Below are positions 49,648-60,800 of a DNA stretch of 64,000 nucleotides, in pieces. The position numbers were made by a program, and so were the translations under genes. The DNA is from Mantamonas sphyraenae STR306 (Eukaryota; Protista; CRuMs). The stretch lies in NCBI GenBank assembly GCA_026936335.1, contig JAPMXV010000052.1:124001-188000 (forward strand), in the 5' to 3' direction. Each line of letters opens with the position of its first letter. The stretch's first letter is position 1. The notes under the pieces were generated by a model, which saw nothing but the letters and a program-made list of their open reading frames with translations, ran no database searches and was not told the DNA's origin.

Positions 49648-51074
49648 TGAGCAGTGGACAGGTACAGACAGAGTATGCTGGGTTTGTACAGTCGTTGTAC
49701 AGACTGCGCTGTCCGCTGGTGGGTGAGGTGACAAAGGCCACGTTTGCCGGGAACGAAGACCCCGAGAACAGAGTGGCGTTGATTGCCTGGCTGATGCAGC
49801 GGTACGACACAGACACGCTGGACGCATGTGCACCAAACAATTCGGACCTGTTGCACAACAAACAGGTGGGCAGGGTGCTTCGTATGTTGTTGTGAGCGCA
49901 CAAAGAGAGAGCACGAGTCAACCAAAAAGGCCAAGCTGACACAACCACACACACACATACACACACACGCCGTTGCCCACCGTTGGTACCATTGGCATGC
50001 ACACGTGTACAGAGCTGGCCACGATGGCCAATGTGCTTGGTCTGTGCGAAGCAAACAGGACGGATTTGATCCAGGTGAGCGAAGCGGCTTGGCGCGCAAA
50101 ATCGTCTTTCCCCCTTCCTGGGAGAAACGGAGGACACTGACAGAGAGACGCATGACATGCACATATGCCACGTTCAACAGGGGAATGTGAACGACACAGA
50201 AAACATGCAGTTTTTCACGCTGCTGATTGACATGGTGACGGTGCAGGATGATCTGTTGCAAAAGCAGCGGCAGGCGTTGACGGCAAGCATGGACGAGAGC
50301 AGCAGCAGCCCGGGCGCAGGGGACACAGGGAGCAGCAACAGCGAGACGGGAAGCACAACACAGAAAAGCGGGAAATCGAAAAAGGCGGGCAAGAAGAGTG
50401 TGTTGGAGCAAGAGTTGGAGAAAGCAGACACGCTGCTGGGCAACGTGTGCCAAATGCGTGGCGATCTGTTTACACACGAATGCGAAGCGTTTGAGCTGCT
50501 GCAATCGCCCATGGCAGAGGTGCAAATCAGCGGGGCGTTGTTGAAGCGGCTGAAGCGAGAGGAGGCGGCGGCCGGGGACGCCGAGGGCACGGGGATGGGC
50601 AAGAGTGTGGATCAGGAAGCGTTGCGACGTGCGTTGGCAGACACACAGAAACAATTGCGTGTGTTGGAAGAGCAGGTACATGCGTTGGAGGAGGAGGCGG
50701 TGTGGGATGAGGCGGACGATGCCAGGGAGGTGTTTGCCAACGTGGGGCGAGAGTTGGGCCTCATTGCCTCGCTTGTGCTGTCGTTCAACCACACCTACGA
50801 AAACGAGATGGAACAGTGGACACACACTTCGCGAGAGTCGCCGTCAGAGCTGGGCTCGGCGGCCTGGGAGGTGTTGCAGGCGAGGCAGAATCTCGACCAG
50901 CTGCTCGGGGACATTGCCCGCATCCGAAGGGCCTATGACAGCCTGCGACGCAGCAACAGCCTGCAACCCATCATTGACAAGGACGAGTTTAGCGACGGCC
51001 GCATCTTTCGTCTGCAGGACAGCATTGCCGTGTTGGATGAGGCCCAAACACGTGGGCCGCTGCCCGAGTTTTGA
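49648..51074 (+). CDS. HAUS7: Augmin subunit 7-like protein; 2 introns
   Basis: RVALIAWL, LATMANVLG...LIQG, DLFTHECEAF and FNHTYENEMEQWTH...LGSAA parallel the recalled plant AUG7/HAUS7 motifs. Confidence 0.7.
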
Positions 51075-51174
51075 GTGAATGAAAGGGTGTGTTGTGATTG
51101 TGAGTGTGCATTTGCCATGAACTGAATGTGAGTGTGGTGTGTGTCTGTGTCTGTGTGCCTCTCTGTGGCGCTCC

Positions 51175-53634
51175 TCAAGCCATGATCCATGTGAGGAGGG
51201 CAAGGAGAAGGACGAGGGTGACGAGTGACGGGTGTGTGGTGGATGCAGGCGAAGGTGAAATGGTGGATGCACCTGTGTTGGCCACGGCCTGCGGGGCAGT
51301 GGGGCTGGTGCCCGTGGCTGCCGAGCCGAGCTGGGAACCGTCGGCATCGCTGGCAGCCTGGAGGACACCTGATGCGTCTGCCGCGCTGGAACCGGCCGAG
51401 TTGGACTCGATGCCGATGGTGAACGGGTAAAAGATGTCGTCGGGGAGGGTGGGGAGGACGGGTGGGGCCGGAGGCACCACTTCGGTGAGGGCCTGCTCGG
51501 GCAGGAGAACAAAGCGGACGGTGGATTGGAGTTGGAACGGGTTGGTGAGGGTGGCCTGCGTGGTGGAAGCAACCTGGCAGGCGAGACCCGTGCAGGTGTA
51601 GCGGATGTCTTCAGTGGTGTACACGACACGTGCGCCGACAATGCGGTTCTGTGGATCGCCACGTGCGCCGAGACGGGCGTAGAGGAACTCGTAGTGCATG
51701 CCGGTGAGCACACCGGAACACACGCCGTCGGGATCGACGCTGCTGCCCGGAATGGCAGGGATGGTGGAGTCGCCGATGGGCAGCCATTCGCCCACGTCCA
51801 AGTATGTGGCATTGCCCCACTTGGCCACGTGCGTGTAGGTACGGTTGCCAGCAAAGACCGCGCGCGCCTTTGCACGCACCGCGGCACATCCGCCCGCAAA
51901 GTCGTTCAACGACAGCGCAAGCGTGCAGGTGCTCTCCACGTCCTGACCAAACCCCACCACGGTGGCGTGCGACTGGCAGGACGGACCCGTGGCCGTGCTG
52001 GCCACCGTGCCCAGGATGCGCAGGCCGTCGCCGCGCACATTGGTCAGCGCAATCGCCGTCTTGCCGCTGGCGCTGTCCGTCTTGAGCTCACCTGCGAGAA
52101 GCGGAAGGCCCTTGAGGTACCCTGGGTTACCCGAACGGAAGCGCACGCTGGCTGCGTTGGCACCTGCCACGGTGAACGAGGCCGAGCTGACCTGTGCCAG
52201 CGACGCCACGCTGCTGCCGTTGATCACATAGTCTTGCAGCACAAGGTCCGCGGCTACCGAGGAAATCAGACCTGCGCTGGTGTAGCTGAAGCGGTAGTGC
52301 ACCGCGCGCACAATGTTGCTGCACACCGTGTTGTTGGTGGCCGGATCGGTGGTCAGGGCCGTGGCCGGCAGTGCGGTGAATGCGCATGCGCTGTCCTGGC
52401 CTGTGGCACTCCTGCACGTCAGTGTGCCGGCAGATACGCTCACGGTCGATGTGCTCTGCGGTTGCGCTGCCACAGAGAAGCCGCTCACAAGCTTCTGCGT
52501 GCTCCACAGGTCGTTGCCGCAGTTGGCCAGCATCGACGGCGCCGTGGCCCCACGTGTGCATGTCAGCGTGTCAAGGCCACCCCAACGTCCTGTTGAAAGT
52601 CTGTGTGTGAAAGGGGGTGGTGAGCGGTCGAACGACGGTTCCTGAGACGGTGAGCGGTGATTTGGAGCAAACTCACTGACGGGGCTCTGCGTGCACGAGC
52701 CATCGAATTTGGGCGTCGGCAGGGTCATCTGGCCCGTGTAAGCCTTGCTGGCAATGGTGTAGCTGGTGCGGATGGGTGTACCACTGGTGTACTTGCTGCC
52801 GAAGGAGGTGGTCGCAGCCGGCTCCTGAAACGTGTACGGCGACCGGCTCAGCTGCGACGTGAAAATGGAGCTGGAAGTCACCAGGCCCGGGTCGGAATAG
52901 TAAACACCCAGGGACGGGTCTGAGTGTGTGCAGAACGGGGAGATTGGAAGGGGTCAGCCAGAACCAGCGTCGGCGAAACATGAACGCGGCAGCAACGTAC
53001 TGGTGGTGGACACGACACACAGCTGGCGATCCAGAGTGGTGGTTTGCACACCGTTGGTGGCAACGAGGGCGTCGACGTCGACACAGGTAAAGGCTTTGGT
53101 GACGTTTGCGCCAGCAGACAAGCAAACGCTCATGAGCGACTTTTCAGCTGCGCTGCAGTCGCTATCACAGCAGCAGTTGACATCGCACTGACCGGCTGTG
53201 AGGTCACATTCGCATGTGGACAGGTCTGAAGAGGGTGGGTGGGTGGCAGGATCGCCGTGTGAGCGTTCCGCGGGGCGAGCGTTCCATTTTGGCGCCAGAA
53301 ACGGTTCCAAGCGGGAGACTCACCTTGCAGCGGAACCTGTGCATTGGACGATGACGAGGCCTGTGGATCATTGAGGTGAATGGAGTGGTGAGATGTGGAG
53401 CAAAAGGCAGAAGAGTGCCTGGGTTAGTGTCGTGGCGAGGGCGTGTAGAGCTTGGAGCAGGGATTGATGGCCCTGCGTTGTGGGACACACAAGGGGCACG
53501 CGTACTTGGGTAAAATCAATGGCATATGTGGACGCCGGATCGGAGGTGGTCTGAGCAGAAACGAGGCAGCAGACAAGCTGCAGCGTTACGAGTGCCGCGA
53601 TGGCTGCGGTCGAGGCGCGCCGCAAGCCAGACAT
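51175..53634 (-). CDS. Tectonic (DUF1619) ciliary transition-zone protein with signal peptide and hydrophobic C-terminus; about 5 exons
   Basis: CECDLTAGQCDVNCCCDSDCS, SGNPGYLKGLPLLAG and LPDDIFYPF. Confidence 0.93.
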
Positions 53635-53729
53635 TCTCCTTCAATTGCGTTGGGCAACCATGAGCAACAGGAGGAAGCCTCAGTGGGATGTAAGTGTACA
53701 GGGCGTGGCAGGGGTGAGGGCGCAGGGCG

Positions 53730-55877
53730 ATGGAAGGGATTGTGGAGCGCAGAGTGGCGGTGGAAGAGAGCTTGTCGTTTGAGGATTTGCGCGCCAAGGG
53801 GTCTGCAGCAACTGACACGGGAGCGAGACACACACAGGACACGACGAGTGACCTGAGCAGGTACAAGTTGAGCAAGAAGCAGCAGGCGAAGCGAGCCGAG
53901 GCACGCAAGTCGACCAACCAGGAAAAGGCGGCTTTGGAGTACAAGCGCAAGATGCAGGCCCTGCGGACGGGTAAACTTACACCGCGGGATCTGATCCCCA
54001 CGGCGGAGGATGAGCAGAAGCGAACCAAATCCGAGGCAGGAGAAAAGGGTCATGCAACACCCACAGCAAGCAGCGTGGATTTGAAGGGCATCCGCAACCT
54101 GGAGGCGGTCATGAAGAGCGTGGAGAAGCAGAATCGGTCGTTGCTGCGTCGAGCAAACCACACGGGAGGTCTGGAGGACCAGGAGGATGAGGAAGGACGA
54201 AATGTGACCAGCAGGGGAGGTGTCGTCGATGTGGAAGACGAGATCCGGGCCTTTGAGGCACAGGCGGGGGGCAAGAAGAGCCGCAAGACAAAGTTGTCGC
54301 CGGGAAAGGAAAAGAAGCATCGGATGGGCGCAAGCAGCAAGAGTGGGAAGAAACTGCAGCGTCGACAGCAACAACAGCAACAGAAACAGCAACAGCAGAA
54401 GCTGAAACATGGAGAAGGCAATGGAGAGGATGTGGAGGAAAAGAGCGAGGTACAGCGCACGCTGTGGTCGCTGGAGCAGGCAACAGCACGATTCGACGAA
54501 CAGATGCGCAGTTTGGAAGAGAACGAAATCCTTCAGAGTGGGCGAGCCGCAGTGGCAGCGTCGTCGGAGGAGGACAAGTGGGAACGGGACGACTTGCCGG
54601 ACGTGAGCGCCACAGGGACCTACCACGGGTTTACACAACAACTGATCGACAACGTGGCGACGCTGACGGGATTCTTGAAGGATCGAGAGCTGCAGATGCG
54701 AGCTCAGGAGGAGCAGAGTGCAGAGATGGAGCGGACGATGCAGACAATGCGACAGGAGATGGGTGCAATGGCGGTGGAGATGAACCAGCTGCGGAACGAA
54801 AAGAAGCAGTTGCAAGAGGCGTTCCTCACACACAAGGAGGCGAGTGAACAAAGGATGGCTGTGCTGGAGCGCGAGGTGCACTCGTTGCTGGCCTTGCAAG
54901 AGGAAAAGAACTTGGGTGACGCCATGGACTGGTTGTCTGGCGTGGGAATGCAGAGTCACGAGGCAGACGTGGAGATGATTGTGGGGAAGGGGTTGTATCC
55001 GCAACAGCAGAGCGATGTGGAAGCCGTGCCGGTGCAACAGCAGGAACCCGAACGCGTGCAGCAATCGGTGTCGCAGGTGCAGTCAAAGGCTGAGAAGCCA
55101 GCACAAGTGGTGGACGAGAGCAAAGCAGAAGAGAAGTTTGAGGAAGAGGAGGAAGAAGAAGAGGAGGAGGACGAGGTCGAGGACGATCCGGTGGAGGATG
55201 TCAACTCGCCGCCAAGACCGGTGCAGCCGCCAAAGAAGATCGAGACAATGGCCGGACTGGACAGCGGACGTTGGAATGGAGACATGTCGTCCATCCGTGG
55301 TCCGTGGAGCCAGCTGTCCCCAAGCACACAGGGATCGCCGCCACACGCAGAAAACGAGGACGAGGGCAACGTAGCTCAGAAAGACCCGTTGCTGCTGGAT
55401 TTCGACGAGTTTAAGCGAAAGTTTGACCTGAAGGATTCACCGTTGTCACATGACACAGAGGACGGTTTTGACGAGGAGGATGACGAGGAAGACGAGGAAG
55501 AAGACGAGGAGGACGACGATGTCGAGCACGTGCTGGACGCGCAGTTTGAGGCACAGCAAGCACGGTACTTGAGCATGATGCATGGAGGTGGAGGTGGAGG
55601 AGGACACAACAACAACAGGGGTGGACGATCACAGCCTGTGGCGGCGTGGCCTGAAAACGGTCGTGGCCAGGTGGCCCAAAGCATGGTGCGAGAGATGCCA
55701 GCACATGCAGCATGGACAGCCACAGGGGGTGTGCGAGGACGTGGCGGACAGAAAGCCCAGTCAGGGATGGTGGGAGCACGGTCAGGGCCAGGAACAGGCG
55801 TTTCCGAACTGCAATCCCCTTTGGCGTACAAGGTGCAGGGAATTGGCAAGCAAGGGGTGATGGGAATTGAACGTTGA
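53730..55877 (+). CDS. Hypothetical coiled-coil protein, 715 aa
   Basis: Long uninterrupted ORF with E/Q/K-rich heptads and acidic tracts. No family recognised. Confidence 0.75.
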   Translation: MEGIVERRVAVEESLSFEDLRAKGSAATDTGARHTQDTTSDLSRYKLSKKQQAKRAEARKSTNQEKAALEYKRKMQALRTGKLTPRDLIPTAEDEQKRTKSEAGEKGHATPTASSVDLKGIRNLEAVMKSVEKQNRSLLRRANHTGGLEDQEDEEGRNVTSRGGVVDVEDEIRAFEAQAGGKKSRKTKLSPGKEKKHRMGASSKSGKKLQRRQQQQQQKQQQQKLKHGEGNGEDVEEKSEVQRTLWSLEQATARFDEQMRSLEENEILQSGRAAVAASSEEDKWERDDLPDVSATGTYHGFTQQLIDNVATLTGFLKDRELQMRAQEEQSAEMERTMQTMRQEMGAMAVEMNQLRNEKKQLQEAFLTHKEASEQRMAVLEREVHSLLALQEEKNLGDAMDWLSGVGMQSHEADVEMIVGKGLYPQQQSDVEAVPVQQQEPERVQQSVSQVQSKAEKPAQVVDESKAEEKFEEEEEEEEEEDEVEDDPVEDVNSPPRPVQPPKKIETMAGLDSGRWNGDMSSIRGPWSQLSPSTQGSPPHAENEDEGNVAQKDPLLLDFDEFKRKFDLKDSPLSHDTEDGFDEEDDEEDEEEDEEDDDVEHVLDAQFEAQQARYLSMMHGGGGGGGHNNNRGGRSQPVAAWPENGRGQVAQSMVREMPAHAAWTATGGVRGRGGQKAQSGMVGARSGPGTGVSELQSPLAYKVQGIGKQGVMGIER

Positions 55878-55889
55878 ACGTTGAACGTT
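55867..55889. repeat. (TTGAACG)x3 tandem repeat spanning the stop codon
   Basis: ttgaacg ttgaacg ttgaacg tt. Confidence 0.85.
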
Positions 55890-55937
55890 TCGATGACACA
55901 TTCATAGTTGTTGCTCTCCTTTTCCCAGTTGGACGCT

Positions 55938-57090
55938 TCAGGTGGACCCGGAGTCCTCCGAAGCGGCAACCGTGACAAACTCGCCGTTGCTTGCAGCAGC
56001 CAGCTCCCTGGCGGCAATTTGAGTGGTGACGACGTTGCTGGGGCGACGCTCTTCTTGGTGGCGACGCACACTCATGGAGGCTTCGGTGGCCATTCGAGAA
56101 AGACGAGCGGGCGGCTCGCTGAGGACCTTTCCGATCTGCTTGAGGCCAGGATGCAGACGCACACGCTGCGTGACGACGTTTGTGCACTGCCTGCACAACA
56201 GGTCCTTGGACAGCTGCAGCCACGGACGGTGGCAACAGCGACACTGATGGGCCACGCCGTGCAGGTTGGAAGAACTCTTGCGTCCTCGCATCAGGCAGGT
56301 CTCACAGAACGGCATGTCCTTTGCCTTGACCTTGCGCGCCTCGCTGCGACGCTTCTCGTGCGATGACTTGTCGTCGCTATGGTGTGCCAGTCGTGCGTGG
56401 TGGATGCACCACGGAGAACAGAAGATTCCGTACGAGTCAGGAAGCGGGTAGGGCTTGATTTCCCCACACGTTTTGCACTCGCGTTGGTTCTGCTCAAACG
56501 GCGCCAACGGCTTGCAGTACGGCTGGCACCAGTGTCCTGTGATTGTGGGTGGCACACGAGGCCGGTTGGGTGAGTCAGCGTGTGTGCATGCAGTGTGGCG
56601 TGGCTCCGTTTGCCCGAAATGGAGAAACTCACCGTCATCCACGCTCTCTTTGGTATCTTCGTCTGCACGTGTGTTCACAAGGCAGTGCAACGGGTGTGAG
56701 TGGCCTGTGTGAGTGTGCATGTCCCCTGTAAAGCTGTGTGTGCACTGCACTTACCCTTGGTCTGCCTGTGGATACGAAGCACCTCGTTGGAAAAATCGCG
56801 GCCTAAGTTCGAGAAAGGTCAAAATTGTGTCAGCAACGTTGCCGGGTCCCCCCACACACGTACTCGCTCTGCACTTACTAAACGGGAACGGGGCAGCATG
56901 CACAAAGATGCGTTCGCCCGAGCGGAAGTGGTCCTGGACCTTGGACTCGTTGGTAAACTCGACGTGTTCGCCTTCTTCGTCGTCGTGCAAATAGCGAGCC
57001 TGCTGCTCGCGATTCTCTTCAATCCTAGAGCGCTTGGACCTCCGTGCAGACCTCCTCACCCCTGTGGTGGTACTACTGTTGCTGCTGCTA

Positions 57091-57122
<32 letters not shown>

Positions 57123-57713
57123 GTCGTGCGTGCGCTTGGGACGGCTCGCACCGCTTCCCTTGGATGCCGTGTTTGCGGTCTCGTCCGCTGTGTTTGCGGT
57201 TTGCTTGCTTTCCTTGGCCTTGGAGATGAACTGAATGTCCAGATCCGACGGCGCACTGTGGCCGAAATGTTCGGCAAAGGCCAACATGATGTTTCGTTGG
57301 AATTCCTTACGTGAGGCCTTGGGGTCAAGGCGTACAGGCAGGTGAAAATTGTCGGCGATTGCGACGTGCAGCTGGAACGCTCCGTCCCCACACTCTTCCC
57401 CGTCTTCGCTACGCGGATCAACACGCTGTCGCTTGGCGTCCGATCCATCCGATCCCGTGGGTGATGCCTGTTCCATCTTGCCACGCGGATCCTTCCCGTT
57501 TGCCTTGCGCTTGCGTGAGGCCTTGTTGCTGCTGCTGCTGCTGCTGCTCGAAGTTGATGGCAGCGCGTGAAAGCCACCGTCGTTGCTGACCATTGACGGC
57601 GACGACACCGCAAAGTTGCTGTGTTTGGTCGCCGCCAATCGCTTGCGCATGGCCATCGATGAGGATGACGACACCACTTCGTCCACAGCCTGCTTCCTCC
57701 CTCGACGGCTCAT
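55938..57713 (-). CDS. Hypothetical protein with a Cys-rich (putative zinc-binding) C-terminal half; 2 inferred introns
   Basis: ORFs 56751-57788 and 55938-56750 are joined by phase-compatible gtaagt and gtgagt introns. Motifs include CKTC, FCSPWC, CETC, CRCC and CRQC. Confidence 0.6.
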
Positions 57714-57816
57714 CTGGGCTGCATTGGGCCGCACGGCGCCGGAGCCAAGGTCCGCGTTTGCGGAAAATTCGCGGCCCTCTCCGGACACGTGAGTTCCGAG
57801 AGCACAACTGTCCCCT

Positions 57817-60800
57817 TCATTGCTTCTTTCCTTGCTCCTTGCCCTCCTTCTTCATGCCTTGGGTCATCGCCACCAGCCAGGGAGGGCGCACGGCCTCGGA
57901 TTTGGACCTTCGTTGGCCACGCAAACCCAGCTCGTGGTCGCTTGGCGCCGCACGCACCTGTGACGACGCACGGCTTGAGCCACGCGACGACACAGAGCCA
58001 CCGGGTCTGGATTTGCGTCTGCCTGGCGCTGCCTTGAGCGACGTCAATCCCGTGGCCACGTCGCCGTCGGTTTCCTCTTCGTTCAACACCCTCAGGCCAC
58101 CCCGCCCTGCTGGCCACTGCTTCCCCTGCGTCCCAGCTCCACCACAGAGGGCAGATCGCCCGTGAGACGCCTGCTCGATCGCTTTGCGTTCCATTGGATG
58201 TCCTCGCTGGACGACACTGTGCGTCGACCACGCGTGCGCACACCCGCCGCACCACCGGCCGATTGGACAGCCGCTGCCATGGCCGCTGCCGCCGCTGCCG
58301 AAGTGGGTGGCATCGGCGATGGCGACGATTCGGGCGCAAACACCTTTCGCTGCTGCCGTTTGGTCAGCTGGGCTTTGATCTGCTTGTTTTCCTTGCGTAG
58401 CTGGTCGAGTTGGGCCTCCCGTGTGCTGAGGGTGCGTTGGGCCTGCTCCAACTCCCCGCTCACCTCCTTCAGGGTGGATTCCAGCCACGTTTTCACCTTG
58501 AGGGGCACGTAGCCTGTCTTTTGGTCGTCCTTGAGACGATCGATTGTGTCCGAGTGCATGTCCACCATGGATTGCAACTCCTGGATGCGTGCGTTCAACT
58601 GCCTGCGTTCCACCTCCCACGCGTGCGAGCTCTGCATCAGCTGGTCCAGTTGCGCCTCATCCATGTCCTGTTGCGTCACCACCTGCGAACGCAAACTGTC
58701 GTTCTCCTCCTGCAGCTGGCTGTTGCGCTTCAACAGCTCGTTGTAGTACACTCGCAGGTCGCCACCACCCATCGAACTGAACGCCTGCACTTTGCTCTGC
58801 AATCCCAACGTCTCCACCGCCAGCGATTGCATCTTGTTCACCCGCTGGTCGTAGAAGCGCTTGATTTCAGAGAGCACCGGCCCAAACAGCTTCATGGAGG
58901 AAATGATGCCGTCAAAGAAGGTGGAGTAGATGAGCATTTGACGCTCCTCCCGCTCTGCTCCGCTCAGGTTGCGCGTCTGTTGCCACACCTCGGCCTCCAG
59001 TTGCTCCAGGTAGTGTGAGGAGATCTTGCGTGTGTTGCGTGTGTGCATGCTTGCCGACGGCAACATGGTGGTTTCCATCATCATGCGGCTCACCCGTCCG
59101 TACAGCTCCTCGCTGAACATGCTCTCGTTGGACACAATCGGCTCCTGCGCCAACGACTGCACAAAACTGCTCTGCCCGAACCGGCTCGTCGCACGCAGTG
59201 TGTACATCGTTTGCGCCGTGTCTGGCCGCCGCGTCGCCTGTCCCTGTCCACGACTACCCATGCCACCACCCACGCCCATCTTTTCCTTGCGTCGACGTCG
59301 CGACGCCGACGACATGCCCTCGCCACGCGTTTGTGGCCTCTTGCCACCACCACCACCACCACCACCAACGCCCTTGCGCGACGACCCCTTGCGTCCCGCC
59401 GCCTTGGCTCCTGTTGCATCCGTGCCATGGGTTTTTGCATGTGGCGCCGTCTTGGGTCGTCCTCGTCCACGACGGCGACCTTCACCCGACGATGATCGCG
59501 ACGACGACGACGATTGCGACGAGGTTTCCGATCGGCTGCCCAGCGACTCACCTTCAAAGTGCAGTTGCTTGCGCGGTTGCTGTTGCTCACTCTCCGCGTC
59601 ATTGTGGATGATCACAGACCCGCCGCCGGTCTCTTCCATGACCTCGGAAGAGGACGATGACGAGTCGGATGCGCCCCCGGAGACATGCGCCCCTCCTCTT
59701 GTTCCTCCTGCAGACACACTCGTTCGACCGTCGCTACTGCCTCGTGTTGCATCACCCGACGACCGTTGCTGCCGCTTCAACGACCTCTGCTTGGGTTGCA
59801 ATCCCGTCTGCAGGTCGCCCGTGGTCGGTGTTGTCCCACCATCTTCGTGCACCTCTTCGTCATCCACCACCACCACCACCAGTCCGTGGTGATGGTTGTG
59901 TTGTTTTTGTTGTTGATGATGCTGTTGGGGGTGGTGGTGATGATGGTGATGGTGATGGTGATTGTGTCCGTGATGAGGTGCGTGGCCCACACGATGCAAT
60001 TGCTGCGGCTTTGTGTGCCTTCTGTGTTCCTCATCCACATCATCCTCGCCATCATCGTCCACACCCTCGTCCTCGTCGTCATCCACATCGTCCTCATCGT
60101 CCTCCTCCTCTTCTTCCTCCTCCTCATCATCATCATCATCGTCGTCGTCGTCCGCACGGTTTCCTTGCGCATGCTGCATGGACCGACGCACATTGGATAT
60201 GTTGTTGAACTTGTGCATGGTTTCCAACTCGCGCAGGTCCATGCGTCGCGGTGCCTGGCCCTTGCGAGGTGTGGCGGTCCCAGATTCGCTCGCTCCGCCT
60301 GCGCCTCCTTCCGAACCCATGAAATCCGATGCGTCGTCGCCAAACAGCGACTTGTCATTCAGCACACTGGCCGAATAGTGCACGGAACGAGCATCCACGG
60401 CGCCGTGCAACACCACGCTGCGACTCACACTCATTGCTTCGCTCATGTCGTCCTCGTCCCGCTCAGGCGTGCCCAGAAACATCATCATCTGTTGCCTGCG
60501 CGTCAATTGCCTCTCATCTGCAGACGTTTCTGACGACGCCCCGTCGTCCCGATCAAACAGATGGTGTCCCGCCAATCCGGCCAATCCCGCACCTGCGCCC
60601 TTGACGCTACTGCGACGCAACATGTGCTTGGCCACGGCCCCTTTACCCGCACCCCCACCTCCCCCAGATGATGTCTGGCTGCCCGTTGAGAACCCTCCGG
60701 GCGAACGCATGGTGCGCATGTGTCCCGGGGTGGTGGCAAGCATACCGGGAGGGCGAAACGCTGTCGGCTTCCACATCCCGGCTTCACCCGCACGCTCCTC

